A DNA stretch of 64,000 bases from positions 544,001-608,000 of the forward strand of contig CAWKHF010000006.1 of assembly GCA_963849325.1 (NCBI GenBank). Reading direction: 5' to 3'. The DNA is from an uncultured Planctomycetota bacterium (GTDB lineage: Bacteria; Planctomycetota; Planctomycetia; Gemmatales; Gemmataceae). The translations under genes were made by a program, and so were the position numbers. Positions 1-11,378 of this stretch are shown piece after piece. The first letter of the stretch is position 1, and each line of letters begins with the position of its first letter. The notes beneath the pieces were generated by a model. It was not told the origin of the DNA. It was given only the letters and a program-made list of their open reading frames with translations, and searched no databases.

Positions 1-46
1 TGCGCGTCGCGGCTAAACTTGGAAGTCATTCGTGGACGCCTCCTTA

Positions 47-171
47 ACCACGGATTCCACGGATAACACGGATAAATACAGAAGACCGAATGGATCGTTC
101 CGACTTCTAACGAAGGCCATCTCTTTATATTGTCTTCTGTATTTATCCGTTTTATCCGTGTAATCCGTGGT
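47..171. repeat. Long inverted repeat with 9-nt periodic CACGGAT units (REP/MITE-like palindrome)
   Basis: ACCACGGATTCCACGGATAACACGGATAAATACAGAAGAC (47-86) pairs with GTCTTCTGTATTTATCCGTTTTATCCGTGTAATCCGTGGT (132-171). Confidence 0.8.
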
Positions 172-223
172 CCTCTTGATGCCTGGCCCTGTCGCCCTCT
201 CACGAAGCGACCGGAGTTTCCGC

Positions 224-670
224 ATGACCAAGCCCATCCCTGCGCCGATCGACCCCGCCCATCTCGTCGAGCGGGCCTTGCGTGTCCTCTCGGCGGATCG
301 CTTTCCCTATCTCGCCACCCTCGATGGCGATCAGCCTCGGCTCCGTCCCGTCTCCCCGGTGAAGACGGATCGCTTCACGGTCTACGTCGCCAACCTGCGC
401 GGCTACCACAAGACGGGCGAGATCGCGGCCAATCCCAAGGTCGAACTGTGTTACCTGGACGATCACCACGATCAGGTACGCATCACCGGCATCGCCGAAG
501 TCGTCACCGACCGCGGGTTGCTCCAGGAGATCTGGGACGCCAATCCCTTGCTGCGCCAGTACCTGGGCCGAGTCGATAACCCCGAGCTGATCCTGTACCG
601 CATCCGGCCGATGCGCGTCCGCTACATGCAAGAATGGGCGCTGGAATACCACGAGATCGCGCTGGAGTAG
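224..670 (+). CDS. Pyridoxamine 5'-phosphate oxidase-like (FMN-binding split barrel) / general stress protein
   Basis: YLATLDGDQPRLRPV and KTGEIAANPKVELCY motifs; GGAG at 213-216 before ATG 224. Confidence 0.8.
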   Translation: MTKPIPAPIDPAHLVERALRVLSADRFPYLATLDGDQPRLRPVSPVKTDRFTVYVANLRGYHKTGEIAANPKVELCYLDDHHDQVRITGIAEVVTDRGLLQEIWDANPLLRQYLGRVDNPELILYRIRPMRVRYMQEWALEYHEIALE

Positions 671-688
671 CGGGGTAGGCGGGGAGAA

Positions 689-1276
689 TCAGTTTCGTAA
701 TTGCGGCACGGGCAAGAGAGGGAACTCGACGGCGAGATCCTCCGTGGTCAGAGGCGGCAGAGGGGTAAATCCCTGGCGAGCAACACGGGCCGAGCGAACG
801 GCACACTCCTTCTCCAGCACGTAGTAACGATTGTAGCCTTCGCGCAGCTCGTTGACGGTGCCTCGGTCCACCATCGGCAGGAACACACGCCAACGTCGGT
901 TGAAGTGCTCCAGGCTCTCACATAGCTCATGCAGGGATCGCTGGAGTATGCGGATCGATGCGCTCGGATCGATGTGTGTGCGCAGCTGCGGATTCAGCTC
1001 GTCATGTAGCCGGCGCAGAATGTCGAGCTGATCGTCGTCGGCGAGCAGCGGGCGGAGGTTGTGCCAGTCGCCGGCCAGGGCACGCAGCAGGCCGAGGCGA
1101 AGGCGCACCATTTTCAACCACTCCGTCCGTTGCCGGCGACAGCAGGCGAGCAAGTCCTCCAGAGCGCCTTGCACGGCCCGCGCACGACGAATGTACGCGG
1201 GGGCATCGTACTGCGTCAGGAATTGCTTGAACTCGTCACTGCCGTCGTCGCCGCTCGGGATCGATACTTCCTCCAT
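689..1276 (-). CDS. Conserved hypothetical helical protein
   Basis: 195-aa ORF with GGAG upstream and normal codon bias; no recognised motif. Confidence 0.65.
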   Translation of the reverse strand: MEEVSIPSGDDGSDEFKQFLTQYDAPAYIRRARAVQGALEDLLACCRRQRTEWLKMVRLRLGLLRALAGDWHNLRPLLADDDQLDILRRLHDELNPQLRTHIDPSASIRILQRSLHELCESLEHFNRRWRVFLPMVDRGTVNELREGYNRYYVLEKECAVRSARVARQGFTPLPPLTTEDLAVEFPLLPVPQLRN

Positions 1277-1611
1277 TCGCTCCTCGCCGGCTTGTACATT
1301 TGGACCTGCACATTTTACATAACGATATGGACCTTTCTACAAACGTGCCGGTCCTCACCTGCCTCGGCTCCGGGACCATTTGGGAGCTAACCCGTGGGTG
1401 GCAGGGCGGTTCGGTCCTCTCGCGAGGCTTGGGCCGGATTTACGGCACGCCGGTTGCTTTTCATCCTAACGACTGCAAGGAACACGCAGAAGCGAAAGCG
1501 ACGGTCCTCGATCCGCCGGGCCATCCCCGTGGCTCCGGCAGCGGTAGGAGGTCTTTCCCCCCTCCCATCGTCGCTCCGAACCCCGCCCCTGAGCATTCCG
1601 CTATCCCCCTT

Positions 1612-1648
1612 GGGCCATCCGTTCCCCCCGGATGGCCCTTTTCTTTTT
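1612..1648 (+). terminator. Intrinsic terminator-like hairpin
   Basis: GGGCCATCCG-loop-CGGATGGCCC followed by TTTTCTTTTT. Confidence 0.65.
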
Positions 1649-1748
1649 CCCCTCCTCTTTTGTGTCTCTCCAGCGGAGCTTGTTTCACTGAAACCGCTTC
1701 ATTACGCTGAGAGTTGGCTCGATCGCCGCTTTCGTCGGAGTCGTCGGC

Positions 1749-2579
1749 ATGGCCTTTTCTTCCTCGCTCGATCCCGTGTCCATCCGGCCGGAAGTGCTGG
1801 CCTTCTTCCGAGACATCAAGGAGCATCCCGACGACGACACGCCGCGCCTCGTCTTCGCCGACTGGTTGCAGGAACACGGCGATGCCACAGCCGCCGCTCG
1901 CGGGGAGTTCCTGCGCCTGAGTGTTCTCCGTCATCGTCTGGCGCCGGATGATCCCAGCTATGAGCTGCTGAAACGCCGGGAGGGAGAGCTGTTCCGGCAA
2001 TATGGGTGGGCGTGGCTGGGTCCGTTAGCCGATGCGGCCAGGGCATGGACCTTCGAGCGCGGCATGGTCCAGATCACGGCACTCGCAGGAGACCTCCGCA
2101 GCCTGGCAGTCTCCACCTGGGCGCGGACGGAATCGGCTTTGTGGATCGATGCCCTCAAGCTTCCGTTGGGTGTTCCCGGGGATCACGGTGCGGCCGAAGA
2201 CCATGCCAATCACCTCGCCTACTCGCCCTTGCTGCCGCATATCATCCGCATCGACCTGAGCGACCATGCGAACCCTTTTGGCATGCGCTTTCTCTTCCGC
2301 GCCCTGCGCGACCGCAATCTGCCGTTTCTCAGGGAATTGCTCCTGTCCCGCAGTCGATTGACAACGCGGCACGTTACGTCCCTGGCCCGCTGCCGCCATT
2401 TGCGCCGGCTCCGTCTCCTCGACTTGCAGCAGAACCAACTGACGGACGGGGAAGCCCGACTTCTCGCCGAGTCGCCCCATCTCACGAGCGGGCCCATGCT
2501 CCGACTCGGACACAATCGTTTCACCGCCGAGGGAATCGCGCTGCTCCGGCAGGCGTTCGGTGAGCGGGTCTCATTCTGA
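1749..2579 (+). CDS. TIGR02996 (repeat-companion) domain protein with leucine-rich repeats
   Basis: [19 protein letters not shown]...RGEFLRL N-terminal motif; [21 protein letters not shown]-like repeats. Confidence 0.9.
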   Translation: MAFSSSLDPVSIRPEVLAFFRDIKEHPDDDTPRLVFADWLQEHGDATAAARGEFLRLSVLRHRLAPDDPSYELLKRREGELFRQYGWAWLGPLADAARAWTFERGMVQITALAGDLRSLAVSTWARTESALWIDALKLPLGVPGDHGAAEDHANHLAYSPLLPHIIRIDLSDHANPFGMRFLFRALRDRNLPFLRELLLSRSRLTTRHVTSLARCRHLRRLRLLDLQQNQLTDGEARLLAESPHLTSGPMLRLGHNRFTAEGIALLRQAFGERVSF

Positions 2580-4738
2580 CGGCCTGGTGGACGGTTTCAT
2601 CCGCAGGTTCTTCACCAGGAACGCCCACTGGTCGGCCACCTCCTCGATCAGCTTGGCCGTCGGCTTGCCGGCGCCGTGGCCGGCGCGCGTCTCGATGCGG
2701 GCCAGCACCGGCGCGTCGCCGGCCTGGCAGTATTGCAGCATGGCGATGAACTTGAAGCTGTGGCCCGGCACCACGCGGTCGTCGGTGTCCGCCGTCGTCA
2801 CCAGCGTGGCCGGGTATTTCGTGCCCTTTTTCAGGTTGTGATACGGCGAATAGGCGTACAGCGCCTTGAACTCCTCCGGCGTTGTCCGGCGAGCCGTAGT
2901 CGTCCACCCAGAAGCGGCCGGCGGTGAACTTGTGGAAGCGCAGCATGTCCATGACGCCGACGGCCGGCAGGCAGGCGCCGAACAGGTCCGGCCGCTGCGT
3001 CATGACGGCGCCGACGAGCAGGCCGCCGTTGCTGCCGCCCTGGATGGCCAGGCGATCCGGCCGCGTGTACTTGTTGTCGATCAGCCACTCGGCCGCGGCG
3101 ATGAAGTCGTCGAAGACGTTCTGCTTGCTGCAGCTTCGTGCCGGCCTCGTGCCACTCCTTGCCGTACTCGCCGCCGCCGCGGAGGTTGGCCTGCGCGAAC
3201 ACGCCGCCCATCTCCAGCCAGGCCGCGCGGCTGATCGAGAAAGCCGGCGTCAGCGGGATGTTGAAGCCGCCGTAGCCGTAGAGCAGCGTCGGGTTCGAGC
3301 CGTCCAGCTTGAGGCCCTTCTTCGCGCGTGATGAACATCGGCACCTCGCGTGCCGTCCTTGCTCGTGTAGAAGACCTGCTTGACCTCGTAATCGTCCGGA
3401 TTGAACTTCACCTTGGCCCGGCGGATCAGCTTGCTCTTGCCGGTGACCAGGTCGTAGCGGTAGATGCTCGGCGGCGTGGCGAAGCTGGAGAAGGAGTAGA
3501 ACGTCTCGGTGTCGGTGCGCTTGCCGCCGAAGCCGCTCGCCGTGCCGATGCCGGGGAACTCGACCTCGCGGACGAACGTGCCGTCCAGGGCGTACAGCTT
3601 GACCTGCGTGCGCGCGTCCTTGAGGTAGTGGGCGACGAACAGGTTGCCGACCAGGTCCGACGCCGCTCAGGTTCTCCTTCGCTTCGGGGATGATCTCTTT
3701 CCAGTTCGCCGCGCTCCGGCTTGCGCGTGTCGATGGCGATGAGCCGGCCCTTCGGAGCGTCGCAGGTCGGTCTTGAAGTAGAAGACCGGGCCGTCGTTGC
3801 CGACGAAGCTGTATTCGTTGTCGAAGTCCTCGATGAGGTCGACCGGCATGCGCGTACGGCTCGCCGAGGTCCTTGTAGGTGATGCGGTACTGGTGATTGG
3901 TGCCCTTCCAGATGGTGAGGACGAGATAGCGGCCGTCCTCGGTGACGTGCGTTTGAAAGCCCCAGTCGGGATGGTCGGGCCGGCGGTAGACGAGCACGTC
4001 GTCGGCCTGCGGCGTGCCGAGGCGGTGGTAGTAGACCTTCTGGTTGAGCGTTGACCTTCTGAAACGTCTCGCCGGCCTTCGGCTCGTCGAAGCGGCTGTA
4101 GAAGAAGCCCTTGCCGTCCGTGGTCCAGGACGCGCCGCTGTACTTGATCCACTTCACCTCGTCGGCGAGCACCTTGCCCGTGGCCACGTCGAGGACGTGC
4201 CAGGTCTGCCAGTCGGAGCCGGCCTCGGCGACGCCGTAGGCGAGGTACTTGCCGTCGTCGCTGACCTCCAGGCCCGCCAGGGCGACGGTGCCGTCCTTCG
4301 ACCACTTGTTGGGATCGAGCAGCACGCGCGGCTCGCCGTCGAGCGCGTCCATCGTGTACAGCACGGACTGGTTTTGCAGGCCGTCGTTCTTGGTGTAGAA
4401 GTAGCGGCCGCCGGCCTTGAAGGGGGCGGAGTAGCTTCTCGTAGTTCCACAGCTCGGTGAGGCGCTTGTGGATCGCCTCGCGCTGGGGGATGGCGTGCAG
4501 ATAGGCGAAGGTGAGCTTGTTTTCCTCGGCGACCCACTCGGCCACCTCCGGCGACTTGCGCACGTCGTCTTCCAGCCAGCGGTAGGGGTCGGCGACCTTG
4601 GTGCCGTGGTAGTCGTCGGTATGGTTGATGCGTTTGGTCTTGGGATACGACAATCGCGCTTTCATCGGCCAGAATGGTTGTCATGCTGAACAGTATGCTC
4701 GCGAGGAAGAAAACGCCCCAGGTGTTACGCGGTAACAT
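2571..4738 (-). CDS. Prolyl oligopeptidase (S9A), secreted; split by several frameshifts (probable sequencing errors)
   Basis: [38 protein letters not shown] and [11 protein letters not shown] motifs spread over successive frames; N-terminal signal peptide. Confidence 0.9.
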
Positions 4739-4923
4739 CACAAGCTCCTTTCGCCGGGGGACGGTGTCGTCTGGGGATAGAGTGTATCGAGTCTCTCCTG
4801 TGCCTGCCACGACGAAGCGCGGGAAGGAACAGGACCGCACGTGAGAATCCGGGAACGGAGGGCAGGCATCCCATTGCTACCATGCTGGACGAGGTTATCA
4901 GCGAGGTGTATAAAATTCAGTTA

Positions 4924-5024
4924 GAGGCACTAACCAAATAGGCGAGCGGGGGGCGTAAGCCCCCTGTTGACGGCGAAAAAACAGGGGGCTTACGCCCCCC
5001 GCTCGCCAAAAAGTTACACGCCTC
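4924..5024. mobile_element. MITE with GAGGC terminal inverted repeats and TTA target duplication, carrying a REP-like hairpin
   Basis: tta|GAGGCACTAAC...GTTACACGCCTC|tta; internal GGCGAGCGGGGGGCGTAAGCCCCCTGT / ACAGGGGGCTTACGCCCCCCGCTCGCC. Confidence 0.7.
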
Positions 5025-5158
5025 TTAGATTCAGCGAGACACATGGTCTGTCTGTCCCGACGGAGAACACCGCCCATGATTCGCTTTGCCCGCCCAAACT
5101 TGTCTAACCGTTCTCCCATCATCTCTCCAACGACAGGCAACTCCAGGAGTCTCTCTCC

Positions 5159-7039
5159 ATGCCTATCCACTTCCGTTGCACGAGTTGCGGGCATCTTCTC
5201 TCCATCGGCAGGCGAAAAGCGGGCATCGAGACCGCTTGTCCCATCTGCCGCCATCCGCAAAAGGTTCCCCATCAGACAAATGCGGAGCCGCCCATTAGCT
5301 CTGGACCGGAACGAGCGGCTCAATCTTGCCGCCCGGTGGGTATAGCGGCCCGTTTCGTCAGCTTGACGCTCGGCTTAGCGATACTGGGTTTGCTCGGCTG
5401 GATAATGTGGACTTTCCCCCGTTTTTCGCGTCCGCCCGGTGAGCAACGGCCTCCCGACGATGAACAGCTGGCGAGCTTGGCGCGAATTAATCCTCTATTG
5501 CAACCCGAGGTCGAAGTTTCGCCGAGAAGCCCTCCTGTTCCTTTGCCGACGCGAAGACCGCTTCCGCCTCCGCCTGTTCCTCTCGCCGACGCCCAGAAAC
5601 CACCCTCCGACCCGCCGCCTGCAGTCAGGAAACCGGACAAGCGTCCTCCGCCTGGTCTGCCGAGTCCCGCAAACGATACTCCTAAGAAGAAACCACCTTC
5701 GCCCCCCACGAAGCAGGAAGAGGCCGACGCGATCGGCAACGAACTGCTCAAGGCCGCGCCCGAACAACAAGACGTGTTGTTGGAAAAACTGCGGACAGGT
5801 AAGGGGTCGGAGTACACGCAGGCGCTGGCCGCCGCCATCGGCCGGCTTTCCGGTGCAGCCAAGTCCAGGGCACGCCAGACCCTGGCTGAACGGCTGACGC
5901 GATTTACCTCTCCTACCTTGCTCGCCTACCTCGGGAGCGAAGACGCCGAGCTGCGCCGTGCCGCCGCTCTGGCTCTGGGCATGAAGGACGATAAGGACCA
6001 CATTAGTGAACTAATCGATTTGTTGGAAGATCCCGATCCATCCGTTGTACGGGCCGCTCATGCCTCCTTGAAAAGTCTAACGAGCGCGGATTCCGCCCGT
6101 GGGGCCGAGGCTGTCTCCGAGAAACCTGCCGAGGCGGGGCCGGCGCGAACACCCCCGCCGAGAGAAAAACCCGCGATCCCGCGGCGTCCAACGCCCTCCG
6201 CCGAAGGGGAAGCTCCAGCCACGGATTCGCCGGCGTCCAGGAAGAAGGCGCCAGCAAAGGACGACGACCTGCCGGACGTGGCCCTTGTACCGCCCGAGGA
6301 AACGTCTTCGGAGATGAAAGCCTTTCTCCGCGCCGTTGCCGTTGGCCTTTCCTCCGGGAAAGTTCCCGAACGGATCAAGGCCGCCCGAACGCTGGGCGAG
6401 CTGGGCGAGCAGGCCAAACCCGCTCGCCGTCTGCTCTGTGCCGCCATGCTCGATCCCGTCGCCGCTGTCCGCGTGGCGGCCGCCGACGCCCTCAAGAACA
6501 TCGATCCCAAGATGCACTATCTGGCTGTCGTGCTGGCGACCGAGAGGGTGGGAAGCGGGGCGGACGCTTCCCGAGTTGCCACCCTGCTTGGAAAAATTCA
6601 AAAGCTGGAGGACGATGGAGAGCCACTGGCGCCGCTCGTTGCCTACGTGGTCAAGTTTTCGGCAAGCAATGGGACTAATCACCTTCTCATCACGGCCTTG
6701 ACCACGCTGAGCCGAATCGGCCGGAAGGATTTGTCGTCGTACCGGGTCGTCGCTTCGGCGTTGACGAACCGCGATCCCTTCATCCGGACCATTGCGCTGC
6801 GAGGGTTAGTCCGCATGAAACATGGAAAGCTGGCCGTCTCCAGAATCCTTGCCCTTCTGCGAATCGATCTCCCCGTCAACCGCATTGCCGCGATCGAGGC
6901 TCTGGCAGTTTTAGCCGATGAGAGTACCGAAGAGATCATCGCGGAAGCCATCGCGGCTCAGCGCTACCACCATGATGAAGGAGTCCGCCAAGCCGTCGAA
7001 ACGGCCCTTAACAAACTGGAGAACAAACGAAATCCGTAA
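5159..7039 (+). CDS. Zn-ribbon, transmembrane, Pro-rich linker, HEAT-repeat protein
   Basis: CTSCG...CPICR; hydrophobic segment; HEAT motifs DAELRRAAALALG, DPSVVRAAHASLKSL, AAVRVAAADALKNI. Confidence 0.8.
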   Translation: MPIHFRCTSCGHLLSIGRRKAGIETACPICRHPQKVPHQTNAEPPISSGPERAAQSCRPVGIAARFVSLTLGLAILGLLGWIMWTFPRFSRPPGEQRPPDDEQLASLARINPLLQPEVEVSPRSPPVPLPTRRPLPPPPVPLADAQKPPSDPPPAVRKPDKRPPPGLPSPANDTPKKKPPSPPTKQEEADAIGNELLKAAPEQQDVLLEKLRTGKGSEYTQALAAAIGRLSGAAKSRARQTLAERLTRFTSPTLLAYLGSEDAELRRAAALALGMKDDKDHISELIDLLEDPDPSVVRAAHASLKSLTSADSARGAEAVSEKPAEAGPARTPPPREKPAIPRRPTPSAEGEAPATDSPASRKKAPAKDDDLPDVALVPPEETSSEMKAFLRAVAVGLSSGKVPERIKAARTLGELGEQAKPARRLLCAAMLDPVAAVRVAAADALKNIDPKMHYLAVVLATERVGSGADASRVATLLGKIQKLEDDGEPLAPLVAYVVKFSASNGTNHLLITALTTLSRIGRKDLSSYRVVASALTNRDPFIRTIALRGLVRMKHGKLAVSRILALLRIDLPVNRIAAIEALAVLADESTEEIIAEAIAAQRYHHDEGVRQAVETALNKLENKRNP

Positions 7040-7052
7040 CCGGAGAACAACC

Positions 7053-7920
7053 ATGCGAAGCAAGCTTGCGATCGTGCCTTTCTGTCTGCTGTTGGCGACA
7101 GCCGTGGGAGCCGATGGACCGGAGTTGAAGACGCAGAGGCAGCCGTCTACTGTCCGCCACGGCACAGCTATCGATTTCGTGGATACTCCCGTCGAGGCGG
7201 CGAAGCTGGCCGCCAAGCAGAAGAAACTCGTCCTGGTCGTACACGTGTCGGGCTACTTCGAGGATCCGGACTTCACCTGAAACAACGCCGAGGCGCTCCG
7301 TGTGAACGCTCTAGCCGACCGCACAGTAGGCGAGCTGGTGAACAAGCACTTCATCGCGTCTTTCCAGCGCGTGGGCAGCTTCAAGATCGAGGGCAAGCAG
7401 AAGCAAGGGGGGAACGTGGCAACCTACTTCTGCGCCGGATGGTCGCGTTCTCAACGCCATTGCCGGCCCGGTAGACGCCAGGACGATGCTCGAAGAAACG
7501 CAATGGACGATTCAGAAAACGCGCGATGCGATCAAGGAGAGCAAGGGCAACGCCGACAAGTTCAAGGGGCTGCTGCGGAAATATCATGCCGAGCGGCTAC
7601 AAGACCAGTATGGCGCCCGCGTCACGCCGATCCTGAAGGACCAGACCATGCAGGATCTGAAGACGGCCCTGGCTTACCGGGATAAAGACGGCCGGAAGTT
7701 GGCTCCGGTTCTGCCGCTGCCGCCCATCGAGAACAAGGAAGAAGTGAAGCCGTTGTCCAACCTCGGCAAGACGCACCGGCTCTTGGCGGCGCATGCGGGA
7801 GCGAAGATTGAACAAATCTATGGCGCCGTGTTCCAGGGCATCCTGAACGAGAAGGTGACAACCAAGCCGGTCCAGACGAAGGACCCGTTTCCCTGGCGGA
7901 AAGAGATCAAGACACGTTGA
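7053..7920 (+). CDS. Exported thioredoxin-like protein with in-frame UGA (putative selenoprotein, SelN-like); one probable sequencing frameshift near 7436
   Basis: GGAG-ATG and signal peptide; ...HVSGYFEDPDFT-TGA(7278-7280)-NNAEALRVNAL... continues in frame; YFCA|DGRVLNAIAGPVD after a frameshift. Confidence 0.7.
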
Positions 7921-8107
7921 GATGACGGTGGGATCGGTTACTGACGAGCATCCCGCCAATCATCCACCGCCATCTCATCGCTGTACTCCCGCGAACGGAG
8001 GCCGGCAGCAAACGGCCCATCGCCTGGTTAGCTTCTTGACCTCTCAATAATCGCGCACTGAGCCATCCGCATACGTGGGGGTCGGCCACTTGAACTTCCG
8101 TTTCGGG

Positions 8108-9261
8108 TCAGCGGCGACCTTCGCCATCCTGTCCTCGTCGATCTCGACGCCCAGGCCCGGTCCCTGCGGCAGCGAGGCGTAGCCGTCCTTGTCGATCGAC
8201 CAGTTCTTGCGCCACGCCGGGCGGCATGATGTGGCCGTCGATGTAGCCCTCTTGGATCAGGAACAGCGGAATCGACGCCGAGACGTGCAGGCTGGCGGTC
8301 AGGCCCAATTCGGAGCAGGTGTTGTGCGGGGCCATCGGCACGTAGTAGGCTTCGGCCAGCGCGGCGATCTTCTTGAGCTGGCTGATGCCGCCGCAGTGGC
8401 CGACGTCGGATTGCAAAATGTCGATGGCCTGATTCTGCAGGTAGGGCGATCGACCTCCCAGATGGTGCGGTCGCGCTCGCCGGTGGCCAGCGGCACCTTG
8501 ATGATCTGCTGCAGTTGCTTGAACACCTCGATGTTGCCCGGCACGGCCGGCTCCTCGATCCACATCACGTCATACGGCTCGATGGCGGCGGCGAACTGGA
8601 TGAGCAGCGGCGGCGGCATCGAGCAGTGGGCGTCGAACATGACAGCGCCGTCGGGGCCGACCCGCTTGCGGGTGTCCTGGATCATCTTCACCAGTGGAGC
8701 GATGTCGTGCATGTTGCCGGAGAAGGGATGCGGCCCGCCGGTGCCGACCTTGTGGCGCCTTGGGCGTGGGATACATGCGGATGCGCTCGCGGCACGGGCC
8801 GCCCAGCAGGCGGTAGACCGGCACGCCATGCAGCTTGCCGGTGATGTCCCACAGCGCCATGTCGATGGCCGAAAGCGTGTGGACCATGAACGGCCCGCCG
8901 CGCATGTCGCGGTGCGAGCGGTACAGCTTCTGCCAGAGGTGCTCGATGCGCGTCGGGTTCTCGCCGTCGAGCAGCTCGCAGCAGCGACTCGGCCAGGGCG
9001 CAGGCGACGCTGCGGCTCCAGGCCGGTGATCTCGCCCCAGCCGGTGATCTGGTGGTTGGTCTCGATCTTGACGTAAGCCTTCGGGCCGACGGGAATGGCC
9101 CGCAGGTTGGTGATGCGAATCGAGGAACTGCGGTCTTCGACCTTGGCGGCCGGACCCTCCCCCAATGCCGCCTCCAGTGCCATCCCGCTCGCGGCGACCG
9201 CGCCCACGGTCCCCAGCAGCGTGCGCCGATCGATGCCGCTATCTTTCGTTTGCTCGCTCAT
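8108..9261 (-). CDS. Mandelate racemase/muconate lactonizing enzyme (enolase superfamily) dehydratase with Tat-like signal; frameshifted
   Basis: IDRRTLL Tat motif; GWGEIT, SAIDMALWDITGK, MFDAH, WIEEP, LATGER, GGISQLKKIAALAE, APHN motifs. Confidence 0.88.
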
Positions 9262-9735
9262 CGTGGACTCCTGGCCAAGGCCCGGCGCGGAGTTGCGCCG
9301 GTGAAGAACAGGCTATCGGGCGGAGGCGGAGGCGGCGAAAGGAAAAGGAAAGACAGCTGCGGACCACGGAGGATATCTCAGCGAGGCCTTAACTTACGTC
9401 ATTTTTCTAGCCAACCCCTTTCGTCTTCCTCAATCCATCCCCTACAATTGATGCAGGCGGGACGGGTTTCTGGCCAACCTGTGGGACGATGACCTTGCGA
9501 TGGACTTCGAGCCGAAGCATTATTATGAAGCGGCTCAAGAGCGCCTGTTCCAGGCTGAGACGCTCTTCAACCTCTGTCCGGAGTGCCGAAAGAACCTGCG
9601 GGGCGAACGATATGCGGTCGTCGTGTACCTGGCGGGCGTGGCGGTAGAATCCATGTTCCGGGCCTACAAACTCAAGGTAGTCAGCCAATTTGACGAGAAG
9701 CACTCGCTGGACAGGTTGTTCGTCGCAAGCAGATT

Positions 9736-11066
9736 CAGTAGTTTCCGGTTCGGTCGGAACGACAAAAGGTGTAGAGGGCAATCGCAAGGCTCCTCCTGAT
9801 AATGACTTGTACCACCAAGGACATTTCAGGAGGAAGCCATGCGACACTCGGCAGTATACACTCACCCCCGCCCACGTCCAGGCCCACGCCGCCTAGCGCA
9901 TCCAAAAACATCTCCGCCTGCCAGACCACGGCCGCAAATGCACCAGCCGATACCCTGTGGACCGTCCTCTGCTACGCCGCCAGCCGCATCATCTCCCTGG
10001 CCGCTGCCTGCGCCGCCCTCCGCGATGCTCCCTCCGACAGCGCCGCCCACGATGCCTTGCTGGCCACCCTGCCCGACCTACGCCCAATTACAACGCCGCC
10101 TCAACCGCGCCCTGCAAGGCGACCTGCCCCACGCCTTACGTCGCCATCGCCAACCCCTGGCCATCGACCTCACCCTCATGCCCTACCACGGCAAACCCTT
10201 GCACCAACCCGACGAGATCTATCGCAGCCAGGCCAAGAGTGGCACCAGCCACTTCCACGCCTACGCCACCGCCTACGTCATCCGCAAAGGACGACGCTTC
10301 ACGGTCGCCCTGACGACGGTGGGCCGCCACGATGCCTTACCCGTCGTGCTCAAGCGGCTGTTGCGTGAAGCGGCCCGGGCCGGCGTCCGCCCGCGTTATC
10401 TGCTGTTGGATCGCGGCTTTTGCAGCGTGGACGTCATCCGCTACCTGCAAAACGCCCGCTACGCGTGGCTGATGCCGTTGGTGTTGCGGGGCCGCAAGGC
10501 CGACCACCCCAAGGGGCCATCGGGCAGCCGAGTCTTCGCCGGCCGCAAGCGGAGCGGTTGGGCGGCAGTACACGATGACCAACGCCGGCAAACGTCGGGC
10601 GCGGTTCCGCGGTGTGTATCAAGTGTCGCAACCGGCGGGGCGAGCGTGGACGGCATGGTCGTGAGGCGTTGGTCTATGCCTTCGGTGGGCCGTTGCGTCC
10701 GTCGTCGTATACGTGGGTGAAGGAGACGTACCGGAGTCGGTTCGCCATCGAGACGAGTTACCGGCAGATGCACCAGGCGCGGATTCGGACGTGTACGCGC
10801 GATCCGCTGCTGCGGTTGTTGTACGTGGGGATAGCGTTGCTGCTTGCGTAACGTGTGGGTGTGGTTGCATTGGCAGGTGTTGGCGCGTCGTCAGCGTGGC
10901 GGTCGGCGGATCGACCTGGGGCGTTTGAGCTTTCGCAAGATGCTGGTGTGGTTGCAACACTGGGCCGAAGCCCGTTTGGGAATCCACGATGAAATCGCCA
11001 CGGAACATCGGATGTATGAATGAGTTGGGGCATGGTATCATAATTCGAGATCACCGGAAACTACTG
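9736..11066 (+). mobile_element. ISH3-family (IS4-like DDE) insertion sequence
   Basis: TIR CAGTAGTTTCCGGT / ACCGGAAACTACTG; 5-bp target duplication AGATT (9731-9735, 11067-11071). Confidence 0.88.
9839..11023 (+). CDS. ISH3-family transposase (frameshifted)
   Basis: AIDLTLMPYHG, LLLDRGF and YRSRFAIETSYR DDE motifs across frames. Confidence 0.85.
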
Positions 11067-11125
11067 AGATTGGACTTCCGACTGGAAGATAAGTTGAAAA
11101 GCCAAAGGGAAAAGCCTCAAAAAAT

Positions 11126-11378
11126 CGTAACCGTTCACCCGACCTCGGAATTCGACACACTTGACGGTGCATGACAGCTGAGGCAGAGTGAACTTTTGGC
11201 CTCTTTTGTAGCTTTGCAACGTAATTCGGCAAAATGTCAAGTTGGTGAACATGGTTAGTCACCTAGCTTCACCAGATTACCACTTTCCGGAATTACGTTG
11301 CAAAGCCCTCTTTTGTCCACAAATGGCTACGATGCCTGGGCGATAATGGCACTTCCGGAGGTCGGGTGAACGGTTACG
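11126..11378. mobile_element. MITE with 21-bp TIRs (IS66-like ends)
   Basis: CGTAACCGTTCACCCGACCTC / GAGGTCGGGTGAACGGTTACG flanked by AAAAAT on both sides. Confidence 0.8.
11210..11307. mobile_element. 98-bp MITE nested in the previous MITE (IS903-like ends, 9-bp duplication)
   Basis: GCTTTGCAACGTAATTC / GAATTACGTTGCAAAGC flanked by direct repeat CTCTTTTGT (11201-11209, 11308-11316). Confidence 0.8.

Noticed and set aside
2571-4738. Multiple frameshifts in the prolyl oligopeptidase (also the enolase, sbcC, iscA and M28 genes) as pseudogenisation or programmed frameshifting
   Set aside because: Single-base indels are scattered across many conserved genes with intact motifs and codon bias, so long-read consensus error is the simpler explanation.
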